A DNA stretch of 53,523 nucleotides from Trypethelium eluteriae. Its lineage: Eukaryota. Positions 23,552-35,398 of the stretch are shown here, one piece after another. The notes beneath the pieces were generated by a model, which was not told the origin of the DNA, ran no database searches, and saw only the letters and a program-made list of their open reading frames with translations. The position numbers were made by a program, and so were the translations under genes. The stretch spans positions 1 to 53,523 of the forward strand of contig JAVECL010000102.1 of the NCBI GenBank assembly GCA_051942245.1, written 5' to 3'. Each line of letters starts with the position of its first letter. Positions within the stretch are counted from its first letter, which is position 1.

Positions 23552-24681
23552 GGCTGCTTATTATTGATGGTCGATCTTGGATTGAAAAACGATTATAGGA
23601 AAAAAAAGCTTGCTGGATAGAAGAGCAGCTGAGTTTCGAAACAAGACGAAGGTCTCCAGCTTCACTCATGCGGCGCGGTCGGACCAAAACGGACAGGACT
23701 CCACGCACTAAATAATTAGGAGACGGGGGCTCCGTCTGCGGCCTTCGGTCCATCGTTCAGCCCATCCTTTGTTTCTCACTAAGCAAAGACGTGTGCTCTG
23801 ATCCTACTTCACACGCGCTAGAAGCACTCTGCCACCGCTGCTACCGACAAGTGGATCGGCGAAGGAGCTGCTGCGCCGCAACAGTGTCGAAAAAGTTAAT
23901 CTTTATCTATTCAAGCTATCAAAGTGATATCTTCTATTGACAAAGGAAAGCAAGGTGACCTCTAAGAGAAAGCCTGTCACCTGCCCTCCGGACCGCCAAC
24001 TCTCCAGAGCATACAGCTCCACTAGTCCCGACTTGCTGAGCACACATTTGCTGCTTTGATTTCTCGGGATAAGCATTGTGTGGACTTAGCCCCACTTCTG
24101 CACTGCCTGAGCAACTATGTCGCTCCTTCGATTATGTGCAGTTTCCAGTCACGAAGACATCAGTTTAGTCACTGGCACAATCCGGATAGCATGCCATGGC
24201 CTCTATCCCCTAGAATTTCACGTAGTCCAATAGCTTACTGGAGGCCTCGGTAGCAGATCACGGGCCGACGTTGTCACCAACAATGAAAGTATTGGGCAGA
24301 AGCAAATCTCGTTTCGACTTTGTACAGAGTTCCTGAACGAATAGTGAAGTTGGTCCCATGGTAAGACGGCATAAACACAAGCCTTCCCAAACAATGCCTG
24401 GCCTCGATTGTGTATACGCTTCTCGCTGTTCCTATCACCAAGGCATGCAATTAGGAATGTCAGAGGGATCAGCAAGGCTGAAGAGCTTACCGAGGTCTTC
24501 CCAGGTTGTATAAAGCTAAAGAAGGAAAAATGGACAGATCAGTACCGGTTGTTGTCTGATAATTCAATTAGTACGTTTATACACTCCTGAACCCCTTGTT
24601 ACTGAGGGACATGTAGAACCTACGAAGGATAAATATCGGCCACTTCTATTGGCATCGAGAGTTCTTGTTTTACTCTTGGTG

Positions 24682-26237
24682 CTAATGCCATACGAATATG
24701 CGTGCATCATCCGATCGCCACGACTTCTCGGTTTCCTGAAAGTGCTGCTTTAAATGCGACAACTTCTCCGTAACATCCTCAATCTCATTGTGGATCTCGG
24801 CGTAATAATCGTTTTGTTCGACTATCACCCACTCTCGTTGAAGCTCTTCCGCTTCAGCACGGGTCAAGAGTGTTAGAGGTGGTGGTGTCTCAAACGAACA
24901 CTCAGACCTCGGAAAAGCGACTCGCCTACGACTTTGCGATATTTGAAAGAGTCGCAGGGCTTTCAAATTTGAGAACTCGCGCAGTTCATTCAGTAGCCTG
25001 AACCAGGTGCATCCTCTGACAAGAGTACAATTGACTAGCACAAGTGACTGGAGCGTGCTCTTATGGAGCCTCAGGAAATGGACAAATGTGGGGCAAGGGT
25101 CACCACCGCTGGACATGCTTCTCAGATCCACCTCCACCCTTATAAGGACGAGCTCGCGGAGATGCCCTAGCTCCACATGGCGATAGATACTCCGGAAGAG
25201 ACGGACGGTATCTTGCCAATGATCAAACTGGAGGTGGAGACGCTCGAGATTCGGCATCCGTTGCAGAAACCTGGAAGTGATGCTGTTCCATTCATCTCCA
25301 TAAAATTCTGTAGAGGTCAGTTGCAATTCTTGAGCCGTGGATCTGAAGAGAGGGAAAATTCAGCCTCATGACCTTGAATGGGAACAAACTCACGTTTGAG
25401 CGCTCGGTCCCGCGTACTAAGGTAGAGTCGTAGGCATCGCAGACTCTCCAGTCCCGGAGTGAGTGGAATTGGCAACGCCAGCTCTTGCACAGCAACTCCG
25501 TAATACTCTTGATCACTTAAAAAGGTCGATGGAAGTTGTGTAAGAAATTGAGACAGACGGACACCACTGAGCCCGATGGCACTCAAAACGATGGAAGTGT
25601 TGCGCGACAGATAATGCGAGCCAAACTTGTGGATGCTTGGGCATTCACCGCTCCCAATTCCCGGGAACTCCACTTCGACCACTGAAAGGTTTGGCAAATT
25701 CGAAAAAGCCTTTGTAAGCATGGCCGAGTCTAGTCCAGACCTTTCGGTGTAGCCCCGATCGATGGTACTCATTCTCCCAGCAGACAGGACAGACCCGGCC
25801 CACAATTTGTTCTGATTAGGAGATAAGGGGTTATTCATGTACATCTGGGCGAAGTGAACGTCCCATATGAAAGGTGGTTCGGAGCATAAGACCACTTTGT
25901 GAATGGCGGCAGCAAATTCCGGCAGCTGAGAAATCTGCAACAACCTGCTGAGAGATCTGTACGAAATGCTGAAACTGCGTTCTCGAAATACCGTTTTCAG
26001 GAATTCATGTTTTGTCGCGGCATTGAGGGTTCGGCAGGTCAGTCTCAAGGATGCAAAGCTTTCCAAGCGTCGATTTCTTGGGCCATACAGATTTGCAAAG
26101 TGCATTCCGCCGACCGTTGGGGTGAAGTGGCTCAGACAGTGAGCTCCTATTAGTGCAAGAAGTTCGGGTGCCAGCGCCATCAGACCTTTGGGGCTCGCCT
26201 CGAGCTTCGAGGGAGATGGTGAAAGAGAGTCCTCCAT
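24682..26237 (-). CDS. F-box-like protein with degenerate LRR-like C-terminus; exons 26237-25394, 25307-24682 (alternative ATG 26321)
   Basis: LMALAPELLALIGAHC and SLRLTCRTLN resemble a fungal F-box. Repeated LxxLxL units follow (LPNLSVVEV, LESLRCLRLYL, MPNLERLHLQF, LRELVL, LQSLVL, NLKALRL). Phase-1 intron 25308-25393 (GTGAGT...CAG) joins the two ORFs. Confidence 0.7.
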
Positions 26238-27174
26238 GGCGCATTCGTAGTCTGGTATTGAGTTCCAAATCGTCTCAATCTGCCGTGTAAAATATTGTTG
26301 AATTGGTTCAAGATGTCGCAAGGATTCGTGCTATGGGACTTCTTCGAATCTGCTATGTACCTCCCTGGTACGTCCCTACCTGCAACTAAGGAGTGGTGGA
26401 AGTCGCATGGAAGCGCAGGTGGAAGGGGATGGATTGAGAAATCTTGGCAAGTCATACCTTGCCTTAAAAAAACTGCCTCTGACTTGAAATCTATTGCGAT
26501 CCTTTCAGATAAAAATAAAACTGGAATAGAAAATCAGAGAAGGTTCTTTTTCTTGACAGATACTTCTTCGATATCCCAGTAATCGGTTTTTCTGACCTCC
26601 TGAACGGACTTTACGGAAGGGACCCTAGACCTGGACAAAGTCAAAACATTTGGTTATGTCTAATAATACTAACATCTAATATTTTACTCCTTGATGGGAA
26701 CGACCGCTGGTGATGGCGGCCTGCGTCTCGAGTTGGTAAACCCCACTAGGCTACAGAGCAGAGAACAAACAACCAATTATCACAGCCTGACGTGATCTAC
26801 GAAGGGGTTGTCCAAAAGTATTCTCCAGCTAATGTTCCCAACCCGCATAACCTAAGGCCCTCAATACGGATCTTACTCATGAGATCAAATTGTGGGTAAA
26901 GTCCGATATTGACAGGACTCGGAGATATGCGACGTGAATTGGAGTTTGACAGGCCTCTAGAAACTCTCCTCGGAAGGATAAAGCTCAATGCGGCATCACA
27001 GTTGCCAATGCTGGGTACGTTGTGGCTCGGTTGTTCTGAGTTGGGCCTGATGTAGGATCGTAGATTTTGTATGCAGATCGCCTTCATATGCATCTAGCTT
27101 GGAGCTAATCTTCGCGAGCATTCAATTCCGATGCTACTAGACACTCAAACGCCGGAGAACAGTGACTCTGAAAA

Positions 27175-27940
27175 CTATGCGTCTTCCTGAATGTGACCCC
27201 TCTCCGAAACGTACAGACCATCCAAGAACTGTAAATGACATCAGCACAACACTCGCAAAAATCGGTAATCTTACATACCTTCCGAATATCCTTGTTCCTC
27301 ACTCTGCAAACTTGCTGGATATCTGCCGCACTTTGTGACACATCCTCCAGCGAATTGCCCATGAGCAGCAGCTCATCCTTCTGCGCCTTACTCGTTTCCA
27401 CATCCACACCCGGTTGCATAGTCACGCGCCTGACAATCTTCTCGCCAATGAAGTTTCGAATCTCAACCTCCCAGAGCCCGGTCTCGTTGTTCTTATCTAA
27501 ATTGACGTTGATGGGGAAGTGAGCATAGACGTAGCGCATCTTGTACTTGAAGCCTTTCGTGACGCCGATGATCAGGTTATTGATGATGGTACGGACGGTT
27601 CGTAGGGTTGCGACGTTTTTGCGGGCGCCATGGTGGAGTTCAATATTGATGATGTTCTTCTTGGGATTCGTGAAGGAAACTGCGAGATGACCAAGGTTCT
27701 TGGTAAGTTTTCCTGCGGCACCATTAGTATTGAGCATTTTTGTACGCTTTGAGAAGAGTGGGGTGGCCAATTCGCGCACCTCGAGGGCCTTCGACGGTAA
27801 CGTTTCTTGTCTTAATGGAGACCTTAACTGTGAGAACTTGTCAGTATATGCTGTGTCCAAAAATGCTAATTGGATTATCAAGCGTGCCACATACCACCCT
27901 CTGGCACCTCCAGCGACTCTTGTGAATAAATGTACTTCAT
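27175..27940 (-). CDS. RPL9: 60S ribosomal protein L9 (uL6), 4 exons
   Basis: MKYIYSQESLEVPEG|VKVSIKTRNVTVEGPR|GKLTKNLGH...GVTKGFKYKMRYVYAHFPINVN...IRNFIGEK...VSQSAADIQQVCRVRNKDIRK|FLDGLYVSERGHIQEDA*. Confidence 0.98.
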
Positions 27941-28544
27941 CTTGACGGCAAGATCGAGGAATGAAGGTCGTTGATCGTCTCGAGAATTGAAGCCTTCTGC
28001 AACGCTCAAAATTCGGCCGGTGCCGCTAAGCGAGTGGGATGTCACCGGTGCCGGAAAAACGCTACGCCGTCATAATGATCTATAGCTGCTCACACTGCCT
28101 GACCAGCACCTTGAATATCGTAGGTAAGATCTGCCGAGGTCCCACTAGTCGCCAAGAAAAGGCATGTGGAATCAAGAGCCGCAAATTGATCATGCTTACT
28201 AGGTAAATAAGTAAAGCTATGTCCTCTAACAATACATGAAGACTCCGTTGGCTTCAGTGCCCGCTAGCTCATTCCGTACACAATGCCTGGGCTGCATTTT
28301 AGCAAACTGCCGTTCATTGCAAGTGTCATTTCAGCGATTCTATATCAGAAGCGCTTTGAGCGCGAGAAGTTATTGTACAGTTGAGCATAGGGATATATGT
28401 AATCCCGCTCTAGAGAGTGGCGCCTCTCTTCTGTCATGAACCACCAAGTTCAATGCATGTAATAAACATTACGCAGCATCAGTCGTGACACCATAGAGCG
28501 TGCATAATCTAGAATGGAAAATAGAAGGTTAGATTGTGCGAAAA

Positions 28545-29468
28545 TTAGCGCATAGACCTCTTTGCCTTCCTTCTCATCTCTGGCTTAGTCTCCTCTTTCC
28601 TCAGCTCAGCCGTCATTATTCTCTTCCCACCCATACTCTTGACTGTCTCCATGATGGAACCCTTGCCATCATCAAGCGCGGCAACGTCATCGCCTCCACC
28701 AATGCTCTTGCCATTGATCAGAACATTTGGCACCGTCTTGCGACCAGTCATCTTGCCCAAAGCTGTTTGCAATAATTTGCCAAGAGGATGCTCGTCGAGC
28801 TCAACGACGTATGGTGCTGGTATGATTTTGTATTTCTCGACGAGGATATGTTTGGCTTTTTTCGAGAAGGGACAGTAGGTTTTCGAGAATATGATTACTG
28901 TATTTAGATTAGTTGAGGTTCAAGCTCAAACCAGTGGTGGGAACACAATTGACGCACTGGGACTTCGCTTTAAAATGCTGTTTAACTCCACTTCGACAGC
29001 ATGTTCCTCTTCCGTTTCGTCCTTATCGGTAGTACTTGACCCTTTTTCTGTGTTACCAACTTTTGCGACACCTTCCTCAGTGTACTTGTCATCTTTCATC
29101 TTCTTCCGCCCTGCCACACTCTTCTCGCCCTCGCTGGAATCATCATCTTTCTTAGGCGCGATAATAGGCTTCTGGGCGGCTCCCTTCTCTCCTGTTATGG
29201 CATGCAATTTTTCCGCTTCAGTGGGAGGTTTCTCATCCTGGTCAGTGTTGACCTGGGCAATCTTCTCCCTGACTGCAATTCGTTGTTTGATCTCGAGGTC
29301 TGCTGCTTCTTGTCTGGCGGCTTTGGCCTTGCGATCGAGTGCTGCTACAGTCCTGGTGTAAAATTCGGAGGTTTGTGTTGATTGGGCGGCCGTCGTTATG
29401 TAAATAACCATAAGTATGGATACGACAACTACAACGGCAATGCCCCTCACTCGCCGTTGGGAAAGCAT
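28545..29468 (-). CDS. Monothiol glutaredoxin with N-terminal signal-anchor (Grx6/Grx7-like); intron 28898-28957
   Basis: N-terminal hydrophobic anchor and charged stem, then ILKRSP|IIIFSKTYCPFSKKAK, VVELDEHPLG and TGRKTVPNVLINGKSIGGGDD (CPFS active site, TVP and GG motifs). Confidence 0.92.
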
Positions 29469-30914
29469 GCTGGCGCGTCTGGGGACTGGTAGAGTGGAGA
29501 CGACAAGGTATATATGCGGGAGGTGATCGGTGGGGGAAGTGTCAACAGTCGACCCAGCTGGACTGGGCGCCTGATTGCTGACCTCCTTTTTAAGTTCTGG
29601 ACTGGAACCCTCTGGTCTTCGTTTTGTTGTTCGACCCCGGCTAAATGATGACAGATATCAATATTGAGCGACGCCGCTCGATGCTATCAAGAGCTGCTGT
29701 CATGCGACAGCCATCTGGGGTTCTTGTATTGCCCGGCGCAGCGCGAAATTGAGGGGCACAGGGACAGCGGGTTAGTCCTCAGTCCCAATATTGGCACGCC
29801 AAGCCTGTCGAGAACCAGCACTTTGCGGGGAAAACCAAGGGAGGATTTTCAGAAATGGTGATTCGAAAATTGAGGGATAGGATGAAATTTCTATGATTCG
29901 TTCAGAGTGGACGCGGCGGATGTCGTGCGTGCGCTTCATCCCTATTTTCTGCAGCAAGTTATCAATAGCAATGGCAGAGGCCAACAGATGCCCATGCTCT
30001 GCGCGACCTCGTCTAATCCTGGTCGGATAGCTCTTCTTCTAGCGCGACCTTCTTAATGCGGTTGCTAACTCTGCCTGTTACTGACAGCGCGTTGTTTGGA
30101 GAAACGAAACAATGTTTTCTCACCAGGATTCCCCCCGCACCTTCGTTCCAAGACCTGAAGCCAAATCGGCAGGCCTCCAGTCAGCCTTGGCAATAACCAC
30201 TAGAGAAGACTCTTAAGTAAGCATGTACTGTAAGGGTGATTTCTCGGCAATCGGTGAGCCGCAAGACCCTGCACCCCTAGACGACTGTCTCTTCCTGACC
30301 CAGGAACCCGGGACCAGAAGCAATCTTGCGTGTACGTACTTATCTAGGACGCCTAGGTACCAATGTTTTGTTTTCCTACGCCAACTCCGAGGACGAGGCG
30401 AGATATAAGCACGTGTGGAAGATCATTTTTCAAGGCAAGGCCGTAAGACGAGCGCCAGGCTCCACTTTGTTGGTAGACATCCCGTGCAAGATCTGTCCCT
30501 CGTTGTATGAGGCATTTTCCCATTGTCTCAACGCCGGGAGCAGCGGTGATAGTAATGGCTTGGCCATGACTTTCCCGTGGACCCTCTCTCTTCTCTTAGT
30601 CTCTTTCAATCCGGCCAATGTCAAGGCTTCGAACGCTGCTCGCCAGGAGATCACACCATGGTTGTGGTGGGGAGCCATGCCCATCACAAGCTGAAGGTGC
30701 ACTCACGGCAGTACAAGAGCAAGGTCCACTCCTCGTAGAAGCTTTTCCAAGATGAGAGTTCCAGCCTTCAATCAAGTTTAAATTTTTTTGCCTCGTACTT
30801 GCGCTGCAGTAGGCGACACCCAGTTGCGTGGGCGCCTGCATTTCTTGCTCTTCTTTGTCCCCCTCGAGTTCTGTTGCTTGTTTCGCTTCGTGCTTCAAGC
30901 AATTGGTAAGAGTC

Positions 30915-33769
30915 ATGGCCAACAACGGAGAACACATCCACTTCGAAGATCACGTAGAACGTTCGGGAATCTCCAAAGTCAGAAGCAGAAGCGAAGCTCG
31001 TTCGGAACGCAGCAGGAGTTGGAGAACATCCCAGCAACCCCCTTCTGACGAAGAGAAAGAGGTTCGACCCATTTTCGAGGATGAAGTTCCCCCAGTTGAG
31101 GATCGTGACTTCAAACGCAGACAGGTTTGCAATTTTCCTATAGCCCTGATTCCGTGTGCCTAATATTAACCACCCTAGGTATTTCACGGTTGGACTCTGG
31201 CATGGTACGCTTTGCAGTTACTTTCCGAGGAAGGGCATGACTGAGCAATCATAGGCTAGCATACCAATCGACTGGTGTCATTTATGGAGACATTGGCACG
31301 AGTCCTCTCTACGTCTATTCATCCACGTTCTCTTCAGCGCCAAACCGCGATGATCTTCTAGGAGCCCTCTCTCTGATAATCTGGACCCTTACCCTAATTG
31401 TTTCTGTCAAATATATCCTCATCGTACTCAGAGCTGACGACGAAGGCGAGGGTGGAACATTTGCGGTTTACAATCTACTTTCTCGCTATGTAAGGACCAG
31501 TCTAAAAGATATTCAGGGTTGAGTCCAACCGGCTAATTGTAATTGCAGTGCAACATCGCCGTACGCGATCCGAAAAGCAGCAATACTGTGAAGTTTGAGC
31601 GGTATCAGAGTACTGAGTTGAAGCCAAGTAATCGTTCGGTTCGGTCATGGCTTGAGACAAGTCCGATCGCTCGTGCTTTCCTCAAAACTTTGGCAGTCTT
31701 TGGCGTCAGTCTGATCATGGCCGATGGTGTCCTCACGCCGGCCCAGTCCGTACTTGGCGCCATCCAGGGTAAGGCGACGCTTTCGGATTCTATATATAGT
31801 AGCTAATTTAGTGAATAGGTCTCGAAATTGTGAAGCCAGATATCTCTACCGGGACAATAATTGGAGTTTCTTGCGCGATCCTTATCGTACTTTTCGCCGT
31901 TCAGCCTCTTGGAATTCACAGGATCGCAAGCGTATTTGCACCGATTGTTATCATTTGGCTGGCCTTCAATTTGTCATTTGGTATCTACGTAAGTGCAGAT
32001 ACGATGAACCGATTCAATCTTTCTGAAGAGTGCTGAAGTCATTTGTAGAATCTGGCCATGTATGATGGCGGCGTTCTGAAGGCTTTCTCTCCATACTTTG
32101 CGGGACTTTGGTTCATTAGAAATAAGACTGAAGGTTGGAAGAATCTCGGTGGTATCCTCCTAGCTTTCACTGGTGTAGAAGCATTGTTTGCAGGTAGGTA
32201 TCGATGTCCGAGTTACACCAGTCGTTGAGCTGACAAGAACACAGACTTGGGAGCTTTCAGCAGACGGTGCGATGCACAACTGCACTCACGTTCAAATATT
32301 CTAACAAGCTGAATAGGGCTGTCCAGATTTCATGGCTATGCTTCGCATACCCATGTCTGCTATTCGCCTACATTGGACAAGCTGCGTATCTTGCAGTCAA
32401 TCCGTCCGCGTACTCGAACCCATTCTTCAATACTGTGCCCCCAGGCATGTTCTGGCCATCACTAGTCGTCTCTATTCTAGCTGCCGTGGTCGCCAGTCAA
32501 GCGTTGATCACAAGTATCTTTCAATTACTTTCGCAAGTCATGCACTCAAGCTACTTCCCACAGATAAAGATGATCTACACTAGTGAAAAACATCACGGTC
32601 AGGTGTATATCCCAATGGCGAACTGGCTCATGATGGTAGGTACTGTCGTTGTCACGGCCGTGTATAGCAACACGACCAGGCTTGGGCACGCCTATGGAGT
32701 TTGTGTCATTCTCGTGACATTCCTAACAACAAAGTGAGAAGACCCCTGGTTCTTGTTCACAATCTGTTCCTCTTCCGAGCTGACATATTGTAGTATGATA
32801 ACTCTAGTAGCACTTGTCGTATGGCGCTTGAATCCGTTATTGGTCTTCGTTGTCTGGCTGCCATTTGTCACGTTTGATGGCCTTTACCTGACCGCAGCAC
32901 TTACTAAAGTACCTAACGGAGCTTGGTTCACCTTACTTCTTGCTGTGATTCTGGCCAGTATCTTCATCCTGTGGCGCTACGGCAAAGAATCCCAATGGAG
33001 CGCTGAAGGCAAGAATCGCTACAGGCTAGATTACCTTGTCGTCACCGATGACGACGGTAAGCCATATCTCAACGAAACATTTGGCGGTGGGGAACTCTCA
33101 ACAATCAAAGGATTGGGCATCTTCTTCGACAAGGCTGGCGACTTGGTTCCCTCAGTCTATGAGCATTTCCTGCAAAAGTTTCAGGCCCATCCAGAAATCG
33201 TCGTTTTCCTGCACATGCGCGCGCTCTCCGTCCCGCACGTTTCCCCAGACGACCGCTTCTCCGTTACTGGCACCTCAATGGGCAACTGCTACCGTCTCAT
33301 GATCCGCCACGGCTATAATGATCATGTCGTCACTCCTGACTTGGGCCGCCTCGTCTATCAGGAGCTGCGAAAAGCCGTTATTCAGGCAGGTGCCAGACTC
33401 GGCTCTTCATCATCGCCAAAATGTCACAACTTGGTAGCTAAAGACGCTGCCAGCGAAGACGCTACCGAGATCAACGGTATGACGAGTTCCAGCTCGGATG
33501 TAATTCAGTCGGCAGTTGGTCCTCTAACACAAGCTGCGGTCGATGCGCAAATCGCCCGTCGCTTGGCGGCGCTTGACGCGGCCTTTGCGACGCAGGTTGT
33601 ATACATGCTAGGGAAGGAGCAGTTACGGATCACGCCCAGTAATAATATATTAAAGCGTACGTTGCTGGGTACGTTTCTGTTTATCAGGGAGAACACCAGA
33701 GCCAAAGTTGCCAGCCTGAAAGTACCTATAGATAAGTTGGTCGAGGTGGGGTTTGTGAAGGAGATATAA
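30915..33769 (+). CDS. HAK1: High-affinity K+ transporter, HAK/KUP/KT family, multi-exon
   Basis: [104 protein letters not shown] and GLGIFFD are present. It includes 22-26 nt mini-exons. Confidence 0.95.
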
Positions 33770-34645
33770 GGGATGGACAATTCGAGTTATATCAGATAGA
33801 TTTGAAATTTTATACTCACCAATCCTGCTTCAGATCAACAGGATGCCTTGAATCAATGATGCAGTGTGAGCATGATCGAAGTTGAAAATCGAGAATCAAT
33901 CAGAAAGGTAGGTCAGTCCAAATTATCCAAATCTCTCTGGACCTTTGCTTGTTCCTGTCAAATAGCATAGGGTTTCCAATTGATCACGGATGTAGGAGAC
34001 GGGGGAAAAGGAGAGAAGATCCTTGGCGACTAGGGCTTGGAGCGAAAGTAGATAATTTGGAAGCGATATACAATAGTGAACACCTGTGCAGCTTGGATCG
34101 TCCAGATCTGAACTAATGGCTATTTCCTATTCCCTGATGCTTCATGTTTGTGGTGCTGGGAAAGTCCAACAGCGGTCGTCTAAGTTGGTGTATCTTCCCC
34201 GCTGGCTAAGGAGCTTCGAAATGGCTATGTGGCTTCACTAATCTTAATTTAACATGGTTGTTCTGGATTTAGGAAGCTTCGACGTTAATATCGGTTTCTC
34301 TTCGTATACAGGAGCCGAAGTTACTCCCTCTTTTCTTTACGATCGCATGTGGGAAAGCCTCACACAACTACTCATAGGAGTGCCTAGCTTTCTTTTAACT
34401 TGTATTCAATAAATGGTTGGTGGAATGCCATACTTATGCTCGTAACATCTCGAGGGCATGCCCACGCTCGGCGCCGAAGCCTCTCAAACTCTGAAGCTCT
34501 GGGGTCCTGCCGCTCCATCGGCTTTGAACGCTCGTGTTTGCCGTGAAGCACTGCAATGTATCTCGTTCCATGCTGTGTCCTAGCACCTTTACGTTCAATA
34601 TCCAAGAAATGTCGCCAAGCTCTTATGCATCGTCCCTTGATCATT

Positions 34646-35007
34646 TCACACGTGTTTCGTAGTGCCAACGACGCTTCCTCTGACCTGACTCCAATCGATG
34701 CTCGCATCCAGCTCTTCATCTACAAGTCCGCACGCAACCACATTCTCGCCCCGAATTATATAAAGACCATGATGAGCCTCTTCGCTGGGTTCTGGGTCCT
34801 CTGGAGGTCGGATAATACGTTCGATAGTATCACGGAGAACGAGGTTGGTGACCTGGTCGCAGGAGACAAGCTCGCCGATCAAAGTGCGGCCATCGGTAGT
34901 GAGCACGAGGACTTTTTCTAGAGAGCAAGTTAATCAGGAAGCTGGTAATGGCGCAAGTATGATTCATTGGGGCAGAGCTTACTATTTATGTAACCATTTA
35001 GAGCCAT
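34646..35007 (-). CDS. LSM8: U6 snRNA-associated Sm-like protein Lsm8; intron 34918-34982
   Basis: MALNGYIN|KKVLVLTTDGRTLIGELVSCDQVTNLVL...GLYIIRGENVVACGLVDEELDASIDWSQVRG. Confidence 0.95.
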
Positions 35008-35398
35008 CTTGAGGCACGCTGATGCTCTATCACCAATCAACAAGTCGTCAGTCCAGTGTCGCAGGAAAGGGCACGTAGTTAACCGATGGATGAACAGGAC
35101 AGTATAGACGTCGCGCCGTGAGACGCGTTTGCGGATGGCTCGGGGAGGTGTCCGAAAAAATATTGCCCACAACGTAAATGCTCTACTCCGTACCACCAGG
35201 CCGAACTTACAGGGTACCTCCTCCTACTGCCCTGTTCGCTGAGTGTCGTAGTATGTCTTTGGGAGCAAGTGTGTGTTCGGCCCAGCTTCGGCTCAGCCTC
35301 CGCGGTGCCTGTATCGCTACTGCTTTGACAACACTGTTGTATCGTAGGATCGTTGTTTTAGCCTCTGGAAGCTGGTGCTATTTTGCTCATCCATCAGT

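Noticed and set aside
26700..26795. Possible C/D snoRNA (GTGATGG ... CTGA)
   Set aside because: The C box is imperfect, and there is no terminal stem or recognisable rRNA-complementary guide.
30326..30937. ORFs of 90-122 aa in the glutaredoxin-HAK spacer
   Set aside because: No domain features, and they conflict on both strands. Treated as promoter DNA.
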